Origin: an uncultured Actinomyces sp.
GTDB lineage: Bacteria > Actinomycetota > Actinomycetes > Actinomycetales > Actinomycetaceae
DNA: 64,000 bases
Direction: 5' to 3'
Assembly: GCA_938014245.1 (NCBI GenBank)
Contig: CALLSD010000060.1
Span: 44,863-108,862 of the forward strand
Shown: positions 20,162 through 30,356 of the stretch, in pieces
How the letters are laid out: each line of letters opens with the position of its first letter
Numbering within the stretch: position 1 is the first letter of the stretch
Notes under the pieces: generated by a model
What the model saw: the letters and a program-made list of their open reading frames with translations, nothing else
The model's database searches: none
Told to the model about the DNA's origin: nothing
Position numbers and translations under genes: made by a program

Positions 20162-21232
20162 ATGAAAGACATGATCAGACACTCCTCAGCGCGTTTCCTG
20201 GCAGCGACCACTGCGGTTCTTCTTCTCGGAGCATGCTCGGTGCAGTCCTCCCCCTCGTCAGCTTCGCCGAAAATCTGCGGGATCTCCGATGCTTCCGCCT
20301 GGGACTCTCACGCCTCACAAACTCCCGCTAAGAGGGCGATCGCACAGGCGGCCTCGGAAATCGGGGGAGAAACGAAACTGGCGACGGGCGCGGGGGAACT
20401 GAAAGGACTCCTTGAGGATGGCTGCACGATCATCGTTTCAGAGGGCCAAGGGGTTGCCGAGGCCACGACGCAGGCTGCGCGCAAGTACTCGAAAGTGCGC
20501 TTCATTACCGTCGATTCAGATTTCGTAGCTGGCGGGAAAACCGCCGAAGTGAGCAATGGCAAGGTTGTCGCCTCGAAAGCAACACAGGGTGCGTATCTTG
20601 CCGGCTACGCAACAGCTGGAATGACAACCACGGGAACAATCGCCGGCTTCGGAGGAGTCGAAACCAGTGAGCGCCAAGCATTGATGGATGCTTTCATGCA
20701 GGGAATCGACGCCTACAACCAGGCGTACGGAACCTCAATTCGCTTTCTCGGATGGGATCCAACGCGCCTGAAAGGGACATTCACCGGGAGCGACGATGAG
20801 TCCAGCATCAAAGATGCGGCCACGAAAGCCTTGAGCGGCGGCGCGGATATTCTTGTTCCTTTTGCCGACGCAGGGAATCAGGGTGCTCTTCGCGCTCTTG
20901 AGGAGGCGGGAAATAACTCTGCCCAAAGGCTTGTCTGGATGGGGGATGGGGTTCCAACGAATTCAGCCCAGATCATCACCGCTGTGTCGACGCTGACCAA
21001 GGACCACCTGAGCGAGGCAATTACGGCCGCACGCGGAAGCGAATTTTCCTCTCAAGCGGTCATTGATTCTCTTGATAATAACGGGGTTGTTCTGGCGCCA
21101 TTTGCTGCCCACGAGGCGCTCATGACTCCAGAACTGAAGGACGCTCTTGCCACCATGCGCCAGCAGCTGATCACTGGTGAGCTCATCATTTCCACTCCTT
21201 TTGACCCACTGATCTTCGCCCAGAAAAAGTAG
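20162..21232 (+). CDS. Divergent BMP-family lipoprotein (paralog of 3447..4550)
   Basis: Lipobox LGAC; AYLAGYATAGMTTTG, LDNNGVVLAPF; start at 20162 or 20171. Confidence 0.8.
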   Translation: MKDMIRHSSARFLAATTAVLLLGACSVQSSPSSASPKICGISDASAWDSHASQTPAKRAIAQAASEIGGETKLATGAGELKGLLEDGCTIIVSEGQGVAEATTQAARKYSKVRFITVDSDFVAGGKTAEVSNGKVVASKATQGAYLAGYATAGMTTTGTIAGFGGVETSERQALMDAFMQGIDAYNQAYGTSIRFLGWDPTRLKGTFTGSDDESSIKDAATKALSGGADILVPFADAGNQGALRALEEAGNNSAQRLVWMGDGVPTNSAQIITAVSTLTKDHLSEAITAARGSEFSSQAVIDSLDNNGVVLAPFAAHEALMTPELKDALATMRQQLITGELIISTPFDPLIFAQKK

Positions 21233-21240
21233 AGGACACC

Positions 21241-21975
21241 ATGGATACTCCCAGTTCACAGACTTCCTATCGCCGAGGCCCCGTGATCCTTCGCGGAGGA
21301 AAGATCCCTCACGAAACTTCCGATGCAGGGCTTTTGCGGAGCCAATCTTCCGCGGATTGGCTGCACGAAGACCCGTGGCGGGTTCTGCGTATCCAATCTG
21401 AGTTCGTCGAAGGCTTTGGGGCGCTAGCTGATTTAGGTCCAGCGGTGTCGGTTTTCGGATCGGCTCGCACCCCCGCGGGCAGTGGAGATTGGGAGAAGGC
21501 ACACACCATTGGTTCGCTCCTGGTTAGCTCTGGCTACGCGGTCATTACAGGTGGCGGCCCGGGGATCATGGAGGCCGCAAACCGTGGAGCTTGGGAAGCT
21601 GGCGGAAGCTCTGTGGGTCTTGGAATTGAGCTTCCTCATGAACAGGGAATGAACGAATGGGTCAATATCGGCGTGAACTTCCGATATTTCTTCGCCCGTA
21701 AGACGATGTTCATGAAGTATTCGTCGGGCTTTATCGTCATGCCCGGCGGTTTTGGAACAATGGATGAGCTTTTCGAAGCTGCGACTCTGGTTCAGACGGG
21801 AAAGGTCAAGTCCTTCCCGATTGTGTTGGTCGGTCGAGACTATTGGGGCGGGCTGGTTGAATGGATTAATTCAACGATGCGTGCGTCGGGAATGCTCTCC
21901 GATGAAGACCCGGAACTGCTCCACGTCGTAGATAGCGCCGAAGAAGCAGTGGAAAGAGTAGTTGGACACGAGTAG
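21241..21975 (+). CDS. LOG-family nucleotide 5'-phosphoribohydrolase (TIGR00730-like)
   Basis: VFGSAR, TGGGPGIMEA, FFARK, PGGFGTMDE. Confidence 0.9.
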   Translation: MDTPSSQTSYRRGPVILRGGKIPHETSDAGLLRSQSSADWLHEDPWRVLRIQSEFVEGFGALADLGPAVSVFGSARTPAGSGDWEKAHTIGSLLVSSGYAVITGGGPGIMEAANRGAWEAGGSSVGLGIELPHEQGMNEWVNIGVNFRYFFARKTMFMKYSSGFIVMPGGFGTMDELFEAATLVQTGKVKSFPIVLVGRDYWGGLVEWINSTMRASGMLSDEDPELLHVVDSAEEAVERVVGHE

Positions 21976-22053
21976 TTCACATCCCTACTAAAATAGGTCG
22001 TTCCCGGTAGAATATAAGTGTTTAAATACCGATCTTTCGGAAGGGAAACGGAC

Positions 22054-22218
22054 ATGGCAGCTATGAAGCCGCGGACCGGCGACGGTCCTTTAGAGGCAGA
22101 AAAAGAAGGTCGTGGGATTGTCATGCGTATTCCCAGCGAAGGCGGCGGACGCCTCGTGATTGAACTCAGTGCAGATGAAGCGAAGGAACTCGCCCAAGCG
22201 CTAGCAAACGCTCTGTGA
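22054..22218 (+). CDS. DUF3117 small protein
   Basis: MAAMKPRTGDGPLE..RIPSEGGGRLVIEL. Confidence 0.9.
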   Translation: MAAMKPRTGDGPLEAEKEGRGIVMRIPSEGGGRLVIELSADEAKELAQALANAL

Positions 22219-22938
22219 GACCTCCAAGGCCTGCGCCAAATTTAGACTTCCCACATACAGTGCTTTTCCAACGATTGCACCCTCGACATAGCCCTCGCGT
22301 GTGAGGGTACGGATATCGTCTAAGTGGCGGATTCCGCCCGAAGCAACAAGATCAGCACGTGTTCTCGCCCGTAGATCTCTCAGGAGTTCTACGGGCGGTC
22401 CCATAAGCGCTCCATCCCTTTTCTTCTCAGTAACGATGTAGCGCCTTGCTCCGGCGCGCTCAAGGCGGGCGCACACACTCCACACGTCTCCCACATCGCC
22501 TTCGCAAGCGCGCGGACGAATACGCCCCTCTTCGACGTCGATGCAGATGTTGAGACGCTCCCCAAAATGAGCGATGAGCGAGGCAACTTCATCAAGATCG
22601 GCCAGGGCCTGAGAGGCCAGATTGACCCGATCAGCTCCTGCGCTTAGCGCACTTTCGATATCCTCCCCGCCTTTAACTCCACCAGACCATTCAATATGGC
22701 ACGGATTTCGGGCGCTCGACCGCTGAGCCTGCGCAATGAGATCGCCCAATACCTCAGCATTATTTCCGCGCCCGAAAGCCGCATCAATATCAACGAGGTG
22801 GATCCAGTGCGCCCCGCAATCGATGAACTCGCGGGCGATACGAATTGGATCTACACCGGCCGCCCCCTCACGTCCATCCGCATTGCGGTGAGTGAGGGCG
22901 AAGCCAGATGCAATATCCAGGGCGGGAAGGATATCCAT
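22201..22938 (-). CDS. priA: HisA/PriA-fold phosphoribosyl isomerase, probably the TrpF substitute
   Basis: ILPALD, WIHLVDIDAAFGRGNN, DGALMGP, VASGGI, GAIVGKALY; last gene of the trp operon. Confidence 0.8.
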   Translation of the reverse strand: MDILPALDIASGFALTHRNADGREGAAGVDPIRIAREFIDCGAHWIHLVDIDAAFGRGNNAEVLGDLIAQAQRSSARNPCHIEWSGGVKGGEDIESALSAGADRVNLASQALADLDEVASLIAHFGERLNICIDVEEGRIRPRACEGDVGDVWSVCARLERAGARRYIVTEKKRDGALMGPPVELLRDLRARTRADLVASGGIRHLDDIRTLTREGYVEGAIVGKALYVGSLNLAQALEVSQSVC

Positions 22939-22940
22939 GA

Positions 22941-23798
22941 CTAGCGCACGCCCCCGCGTGCAGTCGCTTCACGCATGGGCACAAAGAAATCGCGAAGCTC
23001 TGAAAGGAGAGCATTCATCGCGGGAGAAGAGTCTTGACCTTCCTGCGCGATGACCTCGGCCGCATGCTGGGCAATAATGCGAACGATCGCGGAACCAGAA
23101 ATCGCTCCATCGGCTCCCGCTTCAATTGCGGCGCGCACGTGTTCGGGGCGGGAAATCCCAAATCCTAGAAGCACCGGCGCTGCGGCCTGCTCGCGCAAGG
23201 TCGCTACGGCCTCGTGGAGGCCGACGGTCGAGGCCTCATGATCGGCGCCGGTTACTCCCACGCGCGAAACCGCATACACATACCCGCGGGCCGAACGCGC
23301 GACATCGCTGAGGGTACGTGGGGAGGCCGAAGGCGGCGCAATGTAGACACTATCAACGCCGCAGGCAAGGGCCGCCTTGCTGAAAGGATCACCCTCGCGG
23401 ATTGGCACGTCGGGGATGAGGACCGAATCCACTCCGACCTCGGCGCAGCGCGCATAGAAACGCTCAATACCGATAGAGAAAGGAACATTCGCGTAGACGA
23501 GCAGGCCGATAGGAAGCTCGGGGTGAGCTGCGCGAATGCGGCCCAAGATCGCGAAAGACTCCTCGAAGCCGATTCCGGCATTGAGAGCACGCAGGTGAGC
23601 TTCCTGGATGACGACACCATCAGCGACCGGATCGGAGAAGGGAATACCCAATTCCAAAGCGTCCGCGCCATCGGCGATCAGGGCCTCGATAATTGCTTCG
23701 CAGGCGCTCGCCGTGGGGTCTCCGAGCATCACGAAGGGGACGATCGCCCCGCGCCCCTCAGTCGCGCAGCGCTCGAACATGGATTCGTAGCGGGTCAT
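22941..23798 (-). CDS. trpA: Tryptophan synthase alpha chain
   Basis: [37 protein letters not shown]. Confidence 0.96.
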   Translation of the reverse strand: MTRYESMFERCATEGRGAIVPFVMLGDPTASACEAIIEALIADGADALELGIPFSDPVADGVVIQEAHLRALNAGIGFEESFAILGRIRAAHPELPIGLLVYANVPFSIGIERFYARCAEVGVDSVLIPDVPIREGDPFSKAALACGVDSVYIAPPSASPRTLSDVARSARGYVYAVSRVGVTGADHEASTVGLHEAVATLREQAAAPVLLGFGISRPEHVRAAIEAGADGAISGSAIVRIIAQHAAEVIAQEGQDSSPAMNALLSELRDFFVPMREATARGGVR

Positions 23799-26086
23799 TG
23801 CTCCTCCTTGGGGGTCGAAAGGTCATAGGAATGAGTCCTGTGGGTTCCTGAGCCTGCTCGCGCCTGCGCGACCAATTCAGCTGCGTGTGCAACCGCGCCA
23901 TCGCGCGAGAAAGAACCACCAAGGCGCTCGCGCACCTGATCGAGATCCTTATCTCCGCGACCAGATAGGCACACGAGAAGTCGGGGAGTGTGGCCCTGGG
24001 GGACATCCAGTCCGGCAGTTGTCCCCTTTGCCTCAAGGTCGGCAGCCATCTTCAAGGCGTAAGCCAGAGCGTGCGAGGACTCCATTGCGGGGATAATTCC
24101 CTCGTGGCGCGACAAAGCAATGAAAGCTTCGACCGCTTCCTCGTCGGTAATTCCCACATAGTTCGCGCGCCCACTTGCCGACAGATATGCATGTTGGGGA
24201 CCGACTCCCGGGTAATCGAGGCCTGCCGAAATTGAGTAGGACTCTTCGACTTGGCCCTCATCGGTACGCATGAGGTAGGAACGCGCACCGTGGAGGACGC
24301 CGACCTTACCTTCGTGGATTGCTGCCCCGTGGTGGCCGCTATCCAGTCCCTCACCCGCGGGTTCGACACCATAGAGGGCAACGGAGGGATCATCGATGAA
24401 ATCGGCGAACATTCCAATCGCATTGGAACCACCGCCGACACAGGCGATGACTGCGTCGGGAAGTCCTCCGGTCATGGCGAGCATCTGTGCACGCGCCTCG
24501 GTGGAAATAATGCGGTGGAATTCGCGAACGATCGTGGGGAAGGGGTGCGGGCCGGCCGCGGTTCCCAAGAGATAGTGGGAGGTCGCAAAAGTCGCTGTCC
24601 AGTCGCGCAAGGCCTCGTTGACGGCGTCCTTGAGGGTACCGCTGCCCGCAGTTACCGGAACGACGGTGGCGCCCATGAGCTCCATTCGTTCAACATTGGG
24701 TGCCTGGCGAACAACGTCAACTGCGCCCATGTAGATCGTGCATTCCAAGCCGAGGAGCGCGCAGACCATTGCGGTTGCGGTGCCGTGCTGGCCAGCCCCT
24801 GTTTCAGCGATGATGCGCGTCTTTCCCATGCGCTTGGCAAGTAATGCTTGGCCGAGGACCTGGTTACCCTTGTGTGCGCCTCCGTGGACGAGGTCTTCAC
24901 GCTTGAGGAAGATCCGTGCTGCTCCGCCGGACAGGTTACGCAGTTCCGTGACCGGTGTGGGGCGGCCAAGGAAGTGACGCAACAGAGTGTTGATCTCTTC
25001 GATGAAGCTCGGATCATCGATCGCTTCGATGAAGGCTTCTTCGAGTTGGTCAAGAGCTGGGATGAGGAGCTCGGGGACGTACTGTCCGCCGAAATCTCCG
25101 AAGTAGGGGGAAAGCTTTGTGGGGTGCTCTCCCGAGGCCGTGGCCGCGCCTTCGCCGGCGCCGAGGCGTTCGCTTGAGTACGGTTCCCATGACGTTGAGC
25201 GTGCCTGGGCTTCGTAGTATGCCTGACCAGCGCTGGGAACGCCTCCCGTGATCTCCCATGCCGCGTGAGCGGGATCGGCAGAACCAGAAAGGTGAGAACC
25301 TACCAGCAGGGCATCAACGTAGGGAGCAAGATCATCAACGTCGCTGCGAGAGTTCACACCCGATTCGCCGACAATGACCGCCCCAGCAGGAGCAAGGGGA
25401 GCAAGTGCGCGAGTACGTGCCTTGTCAATGTTGAGTGTGCGCAGATCCCGGTTGTTGATACCGATAATTCGCGCGCCCAATAGCTGTGCGCGACGCATAT
25501 CGTCTTCAGTGTCGACCTCGGTGAGTACATCCATTCCCAAGCGAAGCGCTGCCAAGGAAAGCTCGCGATAGGCCTCGTCATCAAGAACGCTCAACATGAG
25601 CAAGATGGCATCCGCGCCGTGCACTCGCGCCGCGGTGATCTGGATTGGATCAATGACGAAGTCCTTGCACAAAACCGGCTGAGTGGCCTCGGCGCGCACC
25701 TCGTCGATGTCCTCGAAGCGACCGTTGAAACGATCAGGTTCGGTGAGCACACTGATCGCCGCAGCGTAGGGAGCATACGCGCGAGCCAGGAGACGCGGAG
25801 AATACGTCCCCTCGATGATTGTCCCCAGGGTCGGGGAAGCTGACTTGCACTCCATGATGATGGCCGGGCCACTGGGACGCGCCTCGATGCCGTTTTCGCC
25901 CAGGGTACGGGTGCGCAGGGCATCCTCGAAAGAACGCTCGGAGCGAGGAAGCGTGAGGGGATCAATGTTCCCGTAGGCCTCGTAAAGCTCGGGAAGGCGC
26001 GTACGGCGCGCTGCAACCAAGGAATCAAGGACTGTTCCGGTGGCGCGCAGGCGCTGTGAAATCGGGGAGAAAGCGTGCTGGCTCAT
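23795..26086 (-). CDS. trpCB: Fused indole-3-glycerol-phosphate synthase (TrpC) / tryptophan synthase beta chain (TrpB)
   Basis: N-terminal ECKSASP, LCKDF, GINNRDL, ESG; C-terminal [43 protein letters not shown]; one continuous ORF. Confidence 0.9.
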   Translation of the reverse strand: MSQHAFSPISQRLRATGTVLDSLVAARRTRLPELYEAYGNIDPLTLPRSERSFEDALRTRTLGENGIEARPSGPAIIMECKSASPTLGTIIEGTYSPRLLARAYAPYAAAISVLTEPDRFNGRFEDIDEVRAEATQPVLCKDFVIDPIQITAARVHGADAILLMLSVLDDEAYRELSLAALRLGMDVLTEVDTEDDMRRAQLLGARIIGINNRDLRTLNIDKARTRALAPLAPAGAVIVGESGVNSRSDVDDLAPYVDALLVGSHLSGSADPAHAAWEITGGVPSAGQAYYEAQARSTSWEPYSSERLGAGEGAATASGEHPTKLSPYFGDFGGQYVPELLIPALDQLEEAFIEAIDDPSFIEEINTLLRHFLGRPTPVTELRNLSGGAARIFLKREDLVHGGAHKGNQVLGQALLAKRMGKTRIIAETGAGQHGTATAMVCALLGLECTIYMGAVDVVRQAPNVERMELMGATVVPVTAGSGTLKDAVNEALRDWTATFATSHYLLGTAAGPHPFPTIVREFHRIISTEARAQMLAMTGGLPDAVIACVGGGSNAIGMFADFIDDPSVALYGVEPAGEGLDSGHHGAAIHEGKVGVLHGARSYLMRTDEGQVEESYSISAGLDYPGVGPQHAYLSASGRANYVGITDEEAVEAFIALSRHEGIIPAMESSHALAYALKMAADLEAKGTTAGLDVPQGHTPRLLVCLSGRGDKDLDQVRERLGGSFSRDGAVAHAAELVAQARAGSGTHRTHSYDLSTPKEEQ

Positions 26087-27114
26087 TGTTGCTCCTGCGT
26101 CTTCAATTCACGTGCGGTTGAAGCAATCGTCTTCAGGTGCTCGGCAACTGCGCCGCTGGCGAGCTGGGCGAGTGCAGCGGCGGTTCCTTCAACCAAGGAA
26201 GGAGCCTTTCCAGCCAAATAGAGCATGGCTCCCGTCGTCGCAGCAATCGCATCGCGCTGAGCAGGAACGCCCGAACCGTTGAAAATATCAGTGATGAGGC
26301 GAAGATTATCGCTCACATCTCCACCAATCAGATCCGACAAGGGCGCCGGAGTGATCCCCAGTTCTTCGGGGGTGCAAGTGAAGGCGGAGATCCCTTCACG
26401 AGTGATCTCACGGACTTCCGTTTGCCCATGAACAGCGAACTCGTCGGTTCCACTTCCGTGAACAACCAGAGCATGTTCGAGTCCAAGGGAAGCCAGAGCC
26501 TGCGCGACATCGTCAAGGAGGTCGCGCTTGCCCACGCCGAGTACCTGATAGGACAGCTGGGCGGGGTTCACCAAGGGGCCGATGAGATTAAAGACCGTCG
26601 GATTTTTGAGCGCTGCACGCACCGGGGCGACGAAACGCATTGCCGGGTGGTACTTCTGTGCGAAGAGGAAACAAAAGCCTGTGCGCTCAAGGAGCTGCGC
26701 TGAAGACGCGGGGGAGAGGTCTAGCGGAATTCCCGCAGCCTCAATGAGGTCGGCTGCTCCCGCCTTCGAGGACACTGCACGGTTGCCGTGCTTGGCGACC
26801 TTCAGTCCCATCGATGCTGCGACGAAGGCCGAGGCCGTGGAGACGTTGATCGTGCCCACGCCGTCACCTCCCGTGCCCACCACGTCGATGATGCCGGTGG
26901 CGTCGGTGGTAAAGCTTTGCGCTGCTTGTCGGAAGGCCTCGGCGGCACCCGCGATTTCGCTGGGCTGCTCGCCACGGGCGTGAAGCGCCCCCAAGAACGC
27001 TGCGATTTCAATATCACTGAGCTCGCCACGTGACATCTGCTCGAATACGCTTCGAGCCTGTTCTTGGTCCAAAACAGCACCATTGAGCGCGTGGCGCAGG
27101 TAAGACTCACTCAT
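26083..27114 (-). CDS. trpD: Anthranilate phosphoribosyltransferase
   Basis: [33 protein letters not shown]. Confidence 0.95.
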   Translation of the reverse strand: MSESYLRHALNGAVLDQEQARSVFEQMSRGELSDIEIAAFLGALHARGEQPSEIAGAAEAFRQAAQSFTTDATGIIDVVGTGGDGVGTINVSTASAFVAASMGLKVAKHGNRAVSSKAGAADLIEAAGIPLDLSPASSAQLLERTGFCFLFAQKYHPAMRFVAPVRAALKNPTVFNLIGPLVNPAQLSYQVLGVGKRDLLDDVAQALASLGLEHALVVHGSGTDEFAVHGQTEVREITREGISAFTCTPEELGITPAPLSDLIGGDVSDNLRLITDIFNGSGVPAQRDAIAATTGAMLYLAGKAPSLVEGTAAALAQLASGAVAEHLKTIASTARELKTQEQQ

Positions 27115-27778
27115 GAGAACTCCTTGAAATCGAGGGGGAAAGTGTCAAATCAGCCAAGAGCCCGCGCAAAAGGAGCGGTCCGGCCGGGGTCAGAATAGAT
27201 TCGGGGTGGAATTGCAGGCCGATGCACGGAGCGCTGCGGTGACGCGCGGCCATGACGATTCCATCGTGGGTATGAGCCAGTGAAATCAAAGATTCGGGAA
27301 GGCTCCGGGTCCCCAGGGAGTGATAGCGGGCAATCGAGATGTAGCCGTGCGTGGCATCATCGCCGGGGCGAGGTGCTTCAGCGATAGCAGAAAATGACGG
27401 ATCTTCGATCCCGGCCTCGGTGAGTTCAACGCGGTCAGTGCGCCCGTGAGTTGCGCCAACCGGGGCGACAACTCCGCCACAGGCCTCGACCATTGCCTGG
27501 AATCCCAGGCAAATGCCCAAGGTTGGGATTTTCTCTTGCAGAGCCACGTCAAGGATCTCCATCATGTGCCCGGCCTGGCGCGGGTGTCCCGGTCCGGGGG
27601 AGAGGATCAAGAGCGGGCGTTCGCCCGCAGCGCGTTCTGCGGATGTCGGTTCAAGAGCATCACGCAGCGTGCCTACAGGAGTTGTATTGCGGAAGACCTG
27701 TACTCCGGCCTCGCGAGCCGTCAGGTCAACCAAGTTGTAGACGAAAGAATCGCGGTTATCTAAGAAAATGACGCGCAC
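27107..27778 (-). CDS. trpG: Anthranilate synthase component II
   Basis: DNRDSFVYNL, SPGPG, GICLG, RYHSL, QFHPES; GTG start just after the trpE stop. Confidence 0.93.
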   Translation of the reverse strand: MRVIFLDNRDSFVYNLVDLTAREAGVQVFRNTTPVGTLRDALEPTSAERAAGERPLLILSPGPGHPRQAGHMMEILDVALQEKIPTLGICLGFQAMVEACGGVVAPVGATHGRTDRVELTEAGIEDPSFSAIAEAPRPGDDATHGYISIARYHSLGTRSLPESLISLAHTHDGIVMAARHRSAPCIGLQFHPESILTPAGPLLLRGLLADLTLSPSISRSSHE

Positions 27779-27779
27779 T

Positions 27780-29402
27780 TTAGAACTCACCTTCCTCTGC
27801 GCTCGCGGCAATCACCAGCGGACGGTGTGCCGAGGCAGCTAGGGCGCGCAAAACTGCGCTTGCCTTGTGGACGGTTTCTTCGGCCTCGCGAGCAGGGACG
27901 GAATCTGCAACGACCCCGGCTCCGGCCTGAACGATCGCACGTCCGTCTTTGACGAAAGCCGAACGGATGACGATACAGGTATCGAGTTCGCCGTCGCCGC
28001 GAAGATACCCGACTGCCCCACCGTAAGAACCTCGCCTCAGTCCTTCGTAGGTGCGAATAAGCTCAGCAGCGCGAAGCTTGGGGGCACCGGTTAGCGTTCC
28101 CATGGTCATGGACGCACGGAAAGCATCGAGGGGATGAAGATCCTCGGCCAAGGTGCCGCTCACTTCGGAAACCAAATGCATGACGCGCGAGTATCGATCC
28201 ACGCGCAGAAGCTGTTCAACCCTACGGCTCCCGCGCTTGGAAACTCGGGCAACGTCATTTCGTGCAAGATCGACCAACATGACGTGCTCTGCGACTTCTT
28301 TTGCGTCCGATCGAAGCTCAAGTTCCAGTCGGATGTCGAGTTCGTGATCGATGCTCCCATCGGGAGCGAAACCACGCGGACGTGTGCCTGCGATTGGACG
28401 GATCGCGACGGTGTGGGTCTTTGCCGAATGCAGGAGTGAGGACTCGGGGGAAGCTCCGAAAAGTTCGAAGTCTTCAGTCCCGATGTAGAACATGTAGGGA
28501 CTGGGGTTCTCATCGCGCAAGAAACGGTAGCTGGTTAGTGCATCGGCGCATTCAGCGATGAAACCGCGCGAGGGAACAACCTGGTAGATATCGCCTGCGG
28601 CAATGTGCTCTTGCATGACAGTGACGAGCTCGGCGAAGTCACTATCGGAGATCGTTGGGCGGGCAATGAGGGGCTGTGTGCCTTCTTCCCCAATTTCCGA
28701 GGCCGTGGATTCCATCGCGCTTTCGGGTGCGGCGTCGATCGCCTCAGCAAGCGCGTTCATACGCTGCTCAAGGGAAATGGGATCGAGGGAAGCACCAACT
28801 AGCTGGGCACTTTGAGAGGGGTGATCAACCACCAAAATGATGCGTGCCAGGTAAAAGAGATAGTCGGGGCAGGAGTTGAAACCGTGGGCGACCTCGGGCA
28901 AGGACTCGTAGGTTGCCAGGTAATCAAAGGCGACAGCCCCGGCGACCAAAGGAAGGTGCGGATGATCGATGGGAGTATCGGTCAGGATACGCAAGGGGTC
29001 CATGGTTGCGCGCTGCTTGAGGCGGGTCTCCTCATCGGCCTCGTCTTCACGAAGAGAAGGTAAGCTCAACAAGGCGTTGGTCTCGGTGCGTTCGAGAAGC
29101 GCGTGGGGGAGAGCCTCGCATACGCTTTGGATTGCAGCGGGGCCGTCGACAGGATGCGTCGATGTCACGCGGACCTGATCACCATCGCATTGGATAGACG
29201 CGCTGGCTTCAAGTAGAGCAATCGTTGTCAAGTGCTGCTTGGAGGCGATGTCAGCACTGTCGAGTAAGACAACCTTTGTTGGGTGCCCCGAGGCTGCGCG
29301 AGGAAGCAAGCCCTGGTTGCATAGATCAGCAAGAAGCTTGCCGCCGTCGCTGTGATAGCGCACCTCACGTGTGATCACGTGTGGCGTGTCCGCGTGTGTC
29401 AT
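27780..29402 (-). CDS. trpE: Anthranilate synthase component I
   Basis: NPSPYM, FGASPE, PIAGTRPRG, EHVMLVDLARND, GAPKLRA, QAGAG. Confidence 0.95.
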   Translation of the reverse strand: MTHADTPHVITREVRYHSDGGKLLADLCNQGLLPRAASGHPTKVVLLDSADIASKQHLTTIALLEASASIQCDGDQVRVTSTHPVDGPAAIQSVCEALPHALLERTETNALLSLPSLREDEADEETRLKQRATMDPLRILTDTPIDHPHLPLVAGAVAFDYLATYESLPEVAHGFNSCPDYLFYLARIILVVDHPSQSAQLVGASLDPISLEQRMNALAEAIDAAPESAMESTASEIGEEGTQPLIARPTISDSDFAELVTVMQEHIAAGDIYQVVPSRGFIAECADALTSYRFLRDENPSPYMFYIGTEDFELFGASPESSLLHSAKTHTVAIRPIAGTRPRGFAPDGSIDHELDIRLELELRSDAKEVAEHVMLVDLARNDVARVSKRGSRRVEQLLRVDRYSRVMHLVSEVSGTLAEDLHPLDAFRASMTMGTLTGAPKLRAAELIRTYEGLRRGSYGGAVGYLRGDGELDTCIVIRSAFVKDGRAIVQAGAGVVADSVPAREAEETVHKASAVLRALAASAHRPLVIAASAEEGEF

Positions 29403-29439
29403 TTCCGTCCTTATCTTTTGCCCCCGGTGGGCCCACAAG

Positions 29440-29507
29440 ACAAAGAAAAAGGCCCGCCGCATGGGCGAGCCTGATGAGTTTTAAGGTACATCAACGGAGG
29501 CCCACCC
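29440..29507 (-). promoter_or_regulatory. trp transcription attenuator (antiterminator/terminator)
   Basis: Terminator AGGCTCGCC-CATGC-GGCGGGCCT-TTTTCTTT; upstream GGGTGGGCCT can pair alternatively with AGGCTCGCCC. Confidence 0.88.
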
Positions 29508-29561
29508 TTAGGAGAGCCACCACCACATCTGGTTTGCTGAAGCACCGAACATGTTTTTCAT
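29508..29561 (-). CDS. trpL: trp operon leader peptide MKNMFGASANQMWWWLS
   Basis: 17-aa ORF with three tandem TGG codons immediately 5' of the attenuator. Confidence 0.88.
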   Translation of the reverse strand: MKNMFGASANQMWWWLS

Positions 29562-29623
29562 ACTAGCGTCACAACCCGCATATGCGCGAAAGATGTCACC
29601 CAATGAGACTTAGCGAGTAAGAC

Positions 29624-30259
29624 TCAGATGCGCTTAACTGCTGCGAGCAGTCCATCGCCGACGGGAAGCATTGCCGGAACAAACTGCTCCGAAGACGCAA
29701 GAACCTTTGCCAGCTCCCGCATCATGACCGTCTGTTCATCGCGCTGGGCAGGGTCCGCAACTTGGTCGTGCCACAGAGCATGAACGATCACAATGAGTCC
29801 GCCGGGGCGCAGGACTCGGAGTGCATGATCGAGGTAGTCCGGAATTTCATCTGCAGGAGCATCGATCACCATCATGTCGTAGCCGCGTGCGGCCATGCGG
29901 GGAAGAACATCCAAAGCTCGACCCGCGATGAGGCGGGTACGCTGGGAGGGAATGCCTGCTGCTGTGAATGCGCGACGTGCGTACTTGTGGAACTCGACCT
30001 CGTGGTCGATCGTGGTCAAGACACCGTCGGCCGACATGCCCTGGAGGAGCCACAGGCCAGATACTCCCGCTCCGGTTCCGATTTCGAGGACGGCTTTTGC
30101 CCCGCAGGTTGCGGCAAGGAGACGGAGGGTAGCGCCGACTCCGGTTGAAACGGGCTCAGCACCTAAATCGGTGGCAGTCTCGCGAGCTTGGGCAAGGATG
30201 TCGTTTTCCTCGACAAACTCTTCTGCAAATACCCAGCTCAGAGCCTTATCTGATGCCAT
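29624..30259 (-). CDS. O-methyltransferase (Rv1220c-like)
   Basis: VLEIGTGAGVSG, LTTID, LRPGG. Confidence 0.88.
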   Translation of the reverse strand: MASDKALSWVFAEEFVEENDILAQARETATDLGAEPVSTGVGATLRLLAATCGAKAVLEIGTGAGVSGLWLLQGMSADGVLTTIDHEVEFHKYARRAFTAAGIPSQRTRLIAGRALDVLPRMAARGYDMMVIDAPADEIPDYLDHALRVLRPGGLIVIVHALWHDQVADPAQRDEQTVMMRELAKVLASSEQFVPAMLPVGDGLLAAVKRI

Positions 30260-30301
30260 TATGTCCTCCGCGGTAGTAAGCCTTTGCCTCAAGGTTACGC
30301 A

Positions 30302-30346
30302 AAAACCCCGCCACTGGGGCGACTACGCGCCCAATGACGGGGTTTT
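30302..30346 (-). terminator. Terminator after mrp
   Basis: AAAACCCCG ... CGGGGTTTT inverted repeat with A/T flanks. Confidence 0.6.
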
Positions 30347-30356
30347 ATTCGTTGAA

